Assembly: GCF_009914755.1 (NCBI RefSeq)
Contig: NC_060942.1
DNA length: 64,000 bases
Direction: 5' to 3' (one strand)
Origin: the human T2T-CHM13v2.0 reference genome, Homo sapiens
Position numbers and translations under genes: made by a program. Below, in pieces: positions 1 to 15,173 of this stretch (the stretch's first letter is position 1; each line of letters opens with the position of its first letter). The notes under the pieces are model-generated. The model had not been told where the DNA came from and searched no databases. It saw only the letters and a program-made list of their open reading frames with translations.

Positions 1-899
1 CCTCCCAGAACAGTACTGGTTACCATGGCAGGCAAGGAAGAGCTTGGCAAAATGTGTTATCAGAAATGTTATGAAAGTGGCTTCAGCTCATATTTCCTTA
101 ATCAAACCGAATCCCATGGTCATGTCCAAGTTAAACTGTAAGGAAGTGCAATTCTACCAAGTGGTCAGGAGAAAGGGAACCAGATATTCATGAGCAACCA
201 AACAACTACTGCATCCACTTCCCAACCAAAGTAGGAATCTCCTCATCTACGTCTCTGACAAGGGCTGAAGGGGATCTGATTGGGAATATGGGGGGTTTGT
301 GTTGTCATTTTAAAACCAAGGTATATAGGGGATGTCTTCTGAATTCAAAGAGTAACATGGAATAGTTGCAGAATTAATTGTTTCAGTTTCACTTGTCTGC
401 CTTGCTCTGTAGTGTGGGCACCAAAGTTCCCCAGTCCACATCACAGGTGGCTAGTAGTCAACCCCCACCCTCAAAAGACCATTACAGCCTAAGATTATAA
501 TGGCCATAGCTGGACCAAGAGCTTAAAGGGTAACCTCAGTCTAACAATGACAACAGCATTCAGGTTTGCCTCGATTTGCAAATTCAAGTGCACCGAGGCA
601 TACCATGTGAAATCACAACAGCATCATTCCAGTCATAAGAAATCACAGTGAAGATGAGTGCCAGCAGACATACGATAGGAAAACACCTAAGAATGGAAAG
701 AGTATGAATCACAGAAACTCCTGATGAATTACCAACTGAGTTCACTGTGAGCTGAACTAAAACGCCATCACTTCTTCACACAGACTTCTGTCCAGCCAAG
801 GGGAATGTGGTAATTACATTGTCAAATATTTTTAATCTAAATGAAGCATTTAACGTTTCTATTAAGCTTTATCTTCCTCATTCCAATCCATCAAAGTAA

Positions 900-1300
900 C
901 TGTATCTAACCCTGAGCACTGCACACTAAGAAGGTCATTGACAAACTAGTGAGTACTCATAGGACAGAGAGAGTAGTAAGGGGTCTGTTACAAGAGAAAG
1001 AGGGGATTGGACATTTATTTAGCTGGGAGAAGCCTTGGAAAGGATGTTATCTGTTTGAAAAACATGAAGGGCAGCTGTGTAGAATAAAATAGGCTTCTTT
1101 TAACTCCAAAGGCAGAAAGTGGAGTCAGTAGGCAGGACCCAGGAGGCCCCCCTCAGTTACTAAGAGCAGAACCACCTTCTAACAATGTGAGATCCCACAG
1201 GCTCAGCAACCGCAGCATTCTGTATTTAGGAGTTGTTGAACAGCACCGGCTGACACCAGCCACAGGATGGGGCATTAGAGCGGTTGATCTGTATGGGTCT
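900..1300 (+). mobile_element. L3/CR1 fragment
   Basis: cattgacaaactag...tttagctgggagaag...aacatgaagggcagctgtgtagaa...aaggcagaa resembles the CR1 3' region. Confidence 0.45.
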
Positions 1301-2963
1301 AAGGCTTCTCAGTGACTAATCACACCAATATTTATCTGGATATATGAAGGCTGGGAATAAGGAAGAATAAAAAGTTCTATAACATAGCCAGAGATTTAGA
1401 AAGCCCCCAAATGACTACAGGTAGAAGGAATAGAAGGCAGGCATTTGTTAAGGAAAAAAATATCTTAGAGGCTATCTATATAGACAGGATGTTGTTCGGA
1501 TGGGCACCATGAAAGGCAGCAATAGAAGGTCAGAACATGGCATGCAACACACAATTTGTGTACAGGCTTGTCCTGTCTCCTACGCACCTGCCTTAATCCA
1601 TCTGGCAACCTGCAAGCACATTCTGCCCTATTCGTTGCTCTCACAGGGGTCTTGCTTAGGGCCAAGCACACCATACGCATGGAATATCCATTTTCTGGAG
1701 GGCCTCATCATCTAGCCGGACAGAATGTTATCACCTTCTTATCCAAAGGCTTTGTCTTATGGTGAGGAAGCTGGTGAGGCAAGCTGCACTGAACACTCAG
1801 GTGTTGTGAAAATGTCTTCTGGGCATGTAACATCACAGTGAGTCACAGAACACAGAGACCAGAGGATCAAGGTAACCACTTCTGCCCCACCCCCCTTAGA
1901 AATATTAACCAGATTGTAGGAAACCCAAACAATCCCTTTAAGTAGAAAGGGATAGATTAAGAAAGCAACCAGATGGCTTGACACAGCATCAGTAACTTTT
2001 TCTCTTTTCTTCCCATGGTATAGAAGACTAGACAGGCGTGCTTTGGACGCATAAAGACCTACCTCATCTTGCTGCCAACTCAAGACTGCCTTGTATGGAT
2101 GATCCCTCTGAAAAAAAGTCTTCAATTGCCTCCCAACCAGGAGGGGTTGGTCTGCCTCCTTTTTTTGGTTTGAGCTTGCCCTTCACTTAAAAGAGGATAG
2201 GCAGGGTTCTGGCAGAGAACTTTCCCAACATCAGTCCTTTTTGACAGTCCCCCTTCACTCTCCCATCCAAAAACAGGACTTCAGTGGAAAATATAACTGA
2301 GGTTCTGGAAGATGCTCTCCATGAGCTACATATACACAGAACAGTAGCAAATTAACCTGGAAATAACCCCCAAAAGACCTTAGGGAAAGACATTTATTCT
2401 TCAGGGTTTATATAAAGCACTGCTTGGGATGAAGGAAAATGCTGATATTCCAACTGAGTGAAACATTAACTCAGATACCAGTAAGAGTCTACAGGAAGAA
2501 GTGTATGGATTATGAATGTGAAAGGCCCTTTGCCACACCTAACATAGCACCTAATAGGTATACACAGTTCATCCACATCTTCCAGGCCCTTCAAAAGATG
2601 AAGACCACCCCTCCCCCAGATCACTTCACATGCACAGGTGGTTGAGTCTAAATCCCAGGTAAAAACAAGTTATGGCAGCAGGATTCATGCCCACACTTCT
2701 TCAAATCCCTCAGAGTGTTGGGGACACTCAGGGCTCAATACAGGCCTTGAATCAATCACCTATTTACCCTAAAACAGGTAACTTCTGGGAGAGGCAACAA
2801 CTCAGTGCTTCCCTTCAGGAGAAACATTCTGCCTGGAATTTTCATGCCTTTTTCAGCACAGAGGAAGTTGAGGCTACCACTCCCACCAAAATGGAAAAAT
2901 TAGAAGGAATCCAAAGTGACCTACTTCTGGGTGTCTATAGAAGTTTTAAGAGCAGCAATTCTC

Positions 2964-3254
2964 AGCCGGGTGCAGCTCCTCATGCCTGCAATCTCAGCAC
3001 TTTGGGAGGCCAAGGCAGGCAGATCACGAGGTCAGGAGATCAAGACCATCCTGGCTAACACAGTGAAACCCCGTCTCTACTAAAAACACAAAAAATTAGC
3101 TGGGTGTGGTGGTGGGCACCAATAGTCCCAGCTACTCGGGAGGCTGAGGCAGGAGAATGGCGTGAACCCGGGAGGCAGAGCTTGCAGTGAGCCGAGATTG
3201 AGCTGAGATCACACCACTGCACTCCAGCCTGGGCAACAGAGCAAGACTCCATCT

Positions 3255-3289
<35 letters not shown>
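2964..3289 (+). mobile_element. AluY-like with 11-bp internal duplication and A34 tail
   Basis: AluY diagnostics gatcacgaggtcaggagatc, gaatggcgtgaacccggg and gagcttgcag. Confidence 0.9.
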
Positions 3290-3294
<5 letters not shown>

Positions 3295-4779
3295 CTCAGG
3301 AGCATCCCCAAAAGCAAAGTATTTAAATTAAAAATGCTGATGGGAAGACTTTAAACATGTATTTCATTCATCATAAGAAGTATATTTTTCCATTAGTTTT
3401 TTAAAAAGTATTCAACCAACAACAAAATCTCTCAAAAGATTATTCAAACAGCTCTAACAAAAGTCAAAAGAGGTTGGAACTGAACCTACCACTGGCTGTC
3501 CCAGAAAAGATTTCTGCAAACAAGGAAAAAAAATGTCATTTGAGGGATACCAAAGTATATCAGAAAAAATGGATGGTTTTCCATTAATGAGGTGTTTTAG
3601 AAACTCAAAAGTTGTTCTCATTAAGCCTGCAAACTTGTTTACACCATTGGTCTTCACTGGTGCCTGTGACACTGATGGAAGAAACCATTTACCAAAAACG
3701 GATACATTTCGAAGTATTTGTTTTAACTTTGTTTTGTAAATTAAAGGAGCAGCCCTTCCCAATATACAAATTACTATGTCACTTCCCTAGAAGGTAGGAA
3801 AGATGACTTAAGACAGTAGCTCAGTTTAATTATGATTTATTGAGGGCAAATTATAGTCTGTAGTATTTTGCAGCACACTTGCAGGTTCTGCCTTCACTCA
3901 GTCTAACCCCTAGCAGGTTGATGGGCCAGGGGTCAAGAAATATTTATGCCAGACACAATCTTGGGGCTGTTAGCCCAAGCCCCTCACTTTAGAGATGGGG
4001 AAATCAAAACCCAGGGTGGCGAAGTCACCTGCCCAAGGTCACACAGCCCGTGAATGGCAGAGTCTTATCCAACTGGAAGGAAGAACTTTGGAAAGCCCTC
4101 TTCCTACATGGGACATTGTGGCTACAGGCAAGCAAACCAGGAGCCTTCCCTCAAGATGACCTGACTGCCCGCTGGAGTGCCAGCAGCTTCAATTCAGTGC
4201 AGTCAGGAGACTGGGCTTGCCTGGCAACCCCAGTGAGGAAACCTGCACCAGAACATAAATGGCAGGTAGGAAAGGCTGGGGAGCAGGGCAAGGGCTGTGC
4301 TCTTGACCCTGTGTCCACCCTGCACCTAGATATCTTTAGCGAAAAAGCACAAAGGCCTCCAAACAAGCTAGTCCTTGCTGTCTGGGATGAACGTGTTTAA
4401 GTTCTATACTTTCATCAAGGGTTATTACATCTGAATTAACCCAGTGCTAAGACTCAACCTGTATTTTGCGATCTCTTTAGATGTTTTTCTCTGTGAATCA
4501 GACTCTTAAAGAGGATGTGAACAAAGTGTAATCCATTTGGGTAAAAATAAAAAACTTACGTATTTAGCGTTGTGTAGACACAGAAAATAGCTGGAAGGAT
4601 ATAGGACAAAATGTCTTCTGCAGGTACTTCTGGAAGTGGGGGTAGAGAAAGGGCAGGCTTTTCGTATAATTCTGTACTCCCTGTCCCCCTCAGAGTATTT
4701 TTCACTGCCCTCCAATCGCCCACATAAATTCTTTCCCTGTCCCATAAGGAGCATCACACTTCACAGGGTTCTACCAGTG

Positions 4780-5530
4780 GTCACCATCTTGTCTCCTTAC
4801 AGACAGTTTCCATTTCAACCTGATCCCTCATGAATCCCTAACCCTTATTTCCAGCCTGGACTGCCTTCTTGAGCTCTAGAACAGTATGTCCAAAAGCTCA
4901 CAGGCCAACCCTACCCTGTTCCACAAGCTTCTCAGCCCAACACGCCTTTCAGAGCCTTCATCTTCCCCACAGTGGCTTCTCTTCTTCCAACTACCCAAGT
5001 CAGGATCCTAGGAGTCACCCTTAGCTCGCTCCCTTCACCTGCCACACCCAGTGAGTCTGAAGGTCTTTCTGGAACCTCTCTCCCAAAGCAGGTTTCTCCT
5101 CTAATCCCTGCCACTGCCCTGTCCACAGTCACCTGAATTACTGCAGTGACCTCCTGATTAGCACCCCTTCTTCCAGTACTCTCTGCCTCCAGTCCAGCCG
5201 CCACAGGGTACATGGATTTGTTTAACACATGAAGCTGAAGAAATTCACTCATTCATTCAGTCTTCACTGAGCAACTACTTTGTGCCAGACACTATTCTAG
5301 GCCCTGAGGATACAGCTGTCAGCAAAACAGACATTGTGCCCATTCTAGTGATGAAATCAAATTTAAGATCCCATTATGGCTTTCCATGGCTTTAACTAAA
5401 ATCCTAACATCTTCGGTAGCATACAAGACCGTTCCTGAGCCTGGCCCCAGTGACCTCACTGACCTCACCGAAACTCTTTTGTATAAAGGCCCTACTCTAT
5501 CCCTCATCTCTCTCCAGTGCCTGCACACTC
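4780..5530 (-). mobile_element. L2 fragment(s)
   Basis: cttccaactacccaagtcaggatcctaggagtcaccctt and cattcattcag...ctactttgtgccagacactattctagg. Strand is tentative. Confidence 0.55.
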
Positions 5531-5542
5531 CCTAAACACTAA

Positions 5543-8601
<3,059 letters not shown>

Positions 8602-11069
8602 GAAAAATAGGGCAGTGGAAGCCACAACATATAGCTGAAAATAAAGCTACAGTCACAGCTCCATACTCAATGCTCCCCTGGCACACCTCTCTTCACACAG
8701 GCAAGGCCTCTGCCCCTAAATGGTCATAGTCACTAGCAAGTGTGTCCATCAGTTTTAAAGGTTAACTCTTCAAGGCCAGCTCTCAGGAGCCTTCCTCTGT
8801 CCTCCTGGATGCCTAGCTGGGATGCTGTCTCTTGGGTCAAGCTTCTGGTCCTTCCCTAAATGTGGTGATGAGAGACATTGGCTTCCTTTTTACTCCAAAG
8901 GTCACTTTTGCTTCTTATTGTTTTTAATCCCACTCCCACAGGAAAAAACAGTTCTGAAAAATACATGTACCAAGGCTTTGTAGTTCAGAGTTAGCAGCTA
9001 GTCTGAAATTCCAAGGATAAAGAATTTCCATCATACTATAGCCCACCACAAGTTCTTCCTGAGAACAGTGGACTGACTGCACGTCACTCAGTTCTTCCCC
9101 AATTCTGTGACCAAGGAGAAGATGTCAACTTGAGGTGGTCCTTGAGCCATTCTGGGTCTCAGCACCCTCATGAAGGGTCTAAATTTGAAGGATCATGATA
9201 TAAATATGATCTTAAATTTCCACTATTCAAAGCCTTCTTGGATAGGGGTGGGCTTTTATGTCAGAAAAATGTAGGTTTAAATAAAGACTCCATCACTTTC
9301 TAACTGTATGGCTCTAAGAGTTTCATCACTTATAAAATTGGGATAAACTACAACACATTGTTATGTGCATTAAACTATGCAAGAAAAATGCTTGGCTCTA
9401 GAAAAAGTATATATATACACTAGTTTCCCTTCTTCTAAAACACTGAATTTTTTTTTTAAGCCTAAACACAGCTAGGATTGTATTGTATCAGAGAATTCTG
9501 TTTTGGCTCCCTGGAGTCTGTACTCTGATGTTCAAAGGATGTGAGTGAGGATGAGTTCTCTGAGCTGGTCCCTTGGAATCGTGGTGATCTTACCCATTTC
9601 TTTGGGGGCAGGGTCCACCCCAAATCACACCACTCCTGGGTTCCAGCTTCCTCAGCCTGCCTTCCCGCTCCAGGGATGCACAAGACCTGCAGCCCAGAGA
9701 GCCTACATCCTGGGGGAACATCCGCCCCGTTCAGATCCTTCCTTGACTTTGATCCAAGATGGCTGGGGGCACAGTGAGAGAGATGACGGAAATGAATTAC
9801 GTAAACAAGAGTGCTGAGTCATCAAAGATTAAATCCTCTCTGGACCACAATTCCTCAGCCAAAGACCAATACATTATACAGCAGTTTGATTCACAGGCCT
9901 TCGTGAAAAGCACAGCCTACTGATCCCGAGTCCCAATGGTGCCTCCCCCACCCCGTGTTTTCTGCTGAGGTGGCAGGCAATAATTAAAGCCACCTGCCTA
10001 ATCACAAAGCATAAGCTGCTTCACAGAATTTCATAGGTTTCCTTAGGTGTTTAGGGGCTTAACCCACAACGAGGGCACTCCCTGAATGAAATCTGAGCAG
10101 GATATTCTGGGATGATCAGTTTGGGTTAAGAAACTAAAGTCGTCCTTTCTATATTAAGACAGGTGAGAGATGACAAACTCTAGTAAATGTGCTACTGCTT
10201 TCAGCATGATTCCAAAGGACAACTTTTTGGTGATTTTTATTTCAGAATTTACCAAAACCTCTGAGAATGGGTACCAGAAGAGAGTCTGAAAAGCATACTC
10301 CATTATCCCAATCACATATTAAAGACAACCCACAGGTCTTGACATCACAAGCTTTGCCACATAAGAACTACAACATGAGAGCAGGTAATCAATTCATACA
10401 GCCACTAACATGCAGGCCCAACTGGCCTAAGAAACCTGCCTAATGTATTTTATTATGACTTTTTTTATATTTTGATTTTAAAACCCAGGAAAGCTAAAAT
10501 AACCATTTCCTAAGTTCTGATATTGGGGTTCTTAAAACCTACAAAGAGTAAACAAAAACTATGATTGTATATTTTTTGGTGTTCATTAAAAGAAATAGTA
10601 TGTATTCTCAAAACTAAAAAAAAAAAAAAAAAAAAATCACACTGAAAAGAAACACATGTCCCTTGTTCATATATTGGTGAATTCTATAATAGATTCCACC
10701 CTTCAGGCAAGTAACAACTAGAATTTATTTTCCTTGTGAAAAATGCAGGAAATCAAACTAAAGTTACTGCTGGTATATTCATGCAGATTTCAGGTGGCTG
10801 TCTTATTGACATAGCTATATAAAGCAGGAAATTTGGATTCCCAGGTAGATCTTTCCCAAGACTAATCAATGTCCTGTGGCACAATTAGTCACCCAAGTTA
10901 AATTCCAGCTTACCCAGTAAGATGTGGCACGTTCGTACTATATACACTAATTGCAATAAGATTTGGGTCATGTTCAATGTTTCAAAGATTGAAAATAAGG
11001 ATGTCTTCTAAAAGGCATAAGACTTCAGTGCTCCAAGTGTTAACTTCAAAATAGTGACTTTCAAGCTAG

Positions 11070-11499
<430 letters not shown>

Positions 11500-11545
11500 T
11501 CACTTTCTTTATGGAAATAAAATCAACTCTACCCTTGAGTGGGGA

Positions 11546-11610
11546 AGTGAGTGAGTGAGTGAGCGAGCGGGGATGCGAGTGAGTGACGACACCAGTGAGT
11601 GAGTGAGTGG
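11546..11610. repeat. Degenerate (GAGT)n simple repeat
   Basis: agtgagtgagtgagtgagcgagcg...gagtgagtgagtg. Confidence 0.8.
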
Positions 11611-14031
11611 GGATAGTCTGTGTCTAAGACTGCAGTGTCCTTGCTCCCCACCCCTGGAGCCTCTGGGCACCTCTCCACCACCTGTAATTTATAATGGTCT
11701 GGCTGCACATGATCAGGAAGATGCCAATGAAGCTGAAGACACTGATCTCCACAATGGCCATTAGACTTCCTGGGCTCTCAACACACAGGACCCTTCTCTG
11801 CCTTGGCCAAGGCTCCACAATTGACCTCCCAAAGCCTTCTCTATGTAACATACATCTTCACACTTGTGTATGTGTGTAGGTCTGTATGTAGGTGGTATGT
11901 GCCCAGAGAATAGCAGTGGCTACCTCTGAGAAAGAAAGAAGGATTGGAGAAAGGTAAGGCAAGGAGGGACTTTCACTCATTATCTTAGAGATTTCTATAT
12001 TGTTTGATTTTTGCAAGATCATATTGTGTGATTTTTTTAAAGCTTATCCCCCACCCAAAAAAGTCAATGACAAGAAAAGACAATCCATGACCTCACAACA
12101 TTGAAGTCAAGAGTTTCTTCTTTGCACACTAAATCTGGCTCCTCTAATTTTAAGAACAGTTAATGCTCCACCATGCCTTCTTTGATTGGTACGGGATTTG
12201 TCTAAGCCTACCTGCATATTGGGGAAGGGAAGATACAGGTTGAGTAGTAATGTCAAGATGGAATTCAAAGAGCATGGGCAAAGTCCTCAATTGTGTAATA
12301 TCCTGCTTCTATTCCACAGAAGCACATTCGAGTTCACATTTGTTACCTATTATCTGGAAGCACCATGAGGGCATTTAGTGCAATATGCCTGACAAGCAAA
12401 AATGCAGATTAATAGTCCATTAGCTTGTTCAACAAGCACTTCTAATTGGGACAGGATGACACTGAGGTGGGAGGGACTGGAATTAGTCATAAGGAAGACT
12501 TTCCTAGCACAAGGGCTTTAGGGCCCTGGAATGAATGGTCAGAAGAGGGGTTCAAGCTTCCTTCTCTGAAAAATCCTTTAAAATCAGGTAGATACTCTCC
12601 TGTGCAAGGCAGTTTTGCTGGAGTCCTACCTGACATTGGCTGTTATGTTACAGACTTAGGTTTACAAAGCAGCACTCAAAAAAGTCTGTTTGCCTTCAAG
12701 GTATTTTTCATGTTACACAAGGTAGCACCACAGACTAAAAAGGCCTGCTTTAGAGCAGACAAACCATCTCAGTTGCAACTCTTCTTCTAGTGGTTTTAAC
12801 TCGGACAAATTTGAAAAATAGCTGTTAAAAAACAACAACTTGTTTTTCAAATTTATATGGGTTCACATACGTAAGGTTTCCAGTACAGGGAGACCTTCCA
12901 TAAACAGTAGCTGCAACCACTCCAGGTACGAGGCAGCTACGTGGCACAAACAACCAGGCCTCACTTCACACAGTTATAGTGAACCAGGAGTCATCTCCTC
13001 CACTATATTATGCCTTTAACTAATATATAGCTCATTCGTAGAATGAAGAATTGGTAAGAACAGTGGTTAAAGTTATGTATTCTTTATTCTACTATCATCT
13101 TTTAAAATATGACCCATATTAGAATATGATTTAAAAGAACTACAAATGGTATTTAACCAGGTACTTATCTTGGTAATCCTTGAGTAAAAGATTTCATTCA
13201 TTTCACCCTCAGTATTTTGAGATAAAAAACAAAAAAATCTTCCTAAGGATTGAACAACCATCACTGCTTCTAACTACCTTGCAGCAGTTTATCTACATGC
13301 TAATCAAAAAGACCTGACTCTCAATTTAGTCAGAGAAGAGTCATTAAATTGTTTTGCCCGGCACTCCCAACAGGCAAGTGAGTTGTTTCATGCTATTTCC
13401 TCTACCAGAGTAGATGCAAAAAGGAAGAGGAAAAAGCTAAGTGTGTTCAAGTAAGACTTGGCAATTGTCTTTTTACCAATCAGAAAAGCAATTCTCTTTC
13501 TGATCGGTTAGTGAGAACTAGGAATTTCTGAGCACTAAAAAGAATCTCAGTAACCACTACAAACCAAGATCCAAAAGTGCTTTATGAAATGTCACAGTGG
13601 CACCGAAGATGACTTCAACATAAGTTTGGTTTTCAAAAGTTAACTTCAAGTCCTTTAACACTAATAGGTCAAGAAGATGAACTAGAGGACTTAACTTCTT
13701 GCTGTTCCAGGATCCTAAGGAGAAAAATGGTGGCCTGCCACAGTCGTGCACAATGACATTCTAGCAAGGTCCTACACTTTTTCTGGGACCACACCCACAT
13801 AAATCCTTTGGATTGTTCCAATTTAAAGTAAAATCTCAATTAACCACAACCCAACTAACCAGGACCAGGCCACTGGACTTCCACAAGCAATATGGATTAA
13901 AAGAAAATACATTCATATTTAAAATCAACTTCTAGGGAACATCCAGTATTTGCACACTCAACACCTCTCCTATGCCATTTTCATCTACAGAACAAGTACA
14001 GTAAGATTACTGTTTCAAGATGCTAAGACCC

Positions 14032-14405
14032 TGATATGGTTTGGCTGTGTCCCCACCCAAATCTCATCTTGAACTGTAGTTCCCATAATCCCCCCGTGTT
14101 GCGGGAGGGACCAGGTGGAGATAACTGAATCATGGGAGCAGTTTCCCCCATTCTGTTTTTCTGATAGTGAGTTCTCATGAGATCTGATGGTTTTATAAGA
14201 GGCTTTTCCCCCTTTGGCTCAGCACTTCTCCTTCCTGCCATTATGTGACAAAGCACGTGTTTGCTTCCCCTTCAGCCATGATTGTAAATTTCCTGAGGCC
14301 TCCCCAGCCATGCTGAACTGTGAGTCAATTAAAAAACCTCTTTCCTTTATAAATTACCCAGTCTCGGGAATGTCTTTATTAGCAGTGTGAGAACAGACTA
14401 ATACA
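14032..14405 (+). mobile_element. THE1D-like MaLR solo LTR
   Basis: TGATATGGTTTGGCTGTGTCCCCACCC...ACTAATACA with perfect 5-bp TSD gaccc (14027-14031 and 14406-14410). Confidence 0.9.
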
Positions 14406-14789
14406 GACCCACATCCAAAGGAAGTTATTTTCTTTAGCTCCACTTTCTTAGGTACAAAAAAGCATAAAGGTAGCCCAATACATTCTAGGAAAGAATTTTA
14501 ACAGTGTATCTTACATGTAACTTTTCCATTTTGATGATAGAACTAAAAGCTAGAAGTCAGTCTTGACACCTCTCCCATCCCAGCCATCACACTAAGTGCC
14601 ATCATTTCGACCTTCAATGTACACATGAAATCCATTCAACTTTATCCAACGCTACTGTCACCAATGAAGTCCATGCCAGCATCATCTCTTACCTGAGCCA
14701 CACTGATCCCCTGTAACTCTCTACCTCAACACCCACCCTCCCCCAGGTCATCCTTCAAAACACTGACAGAATAATTAAATCTATAGTGA

Positions 14790-15173
<384 letters not shown>

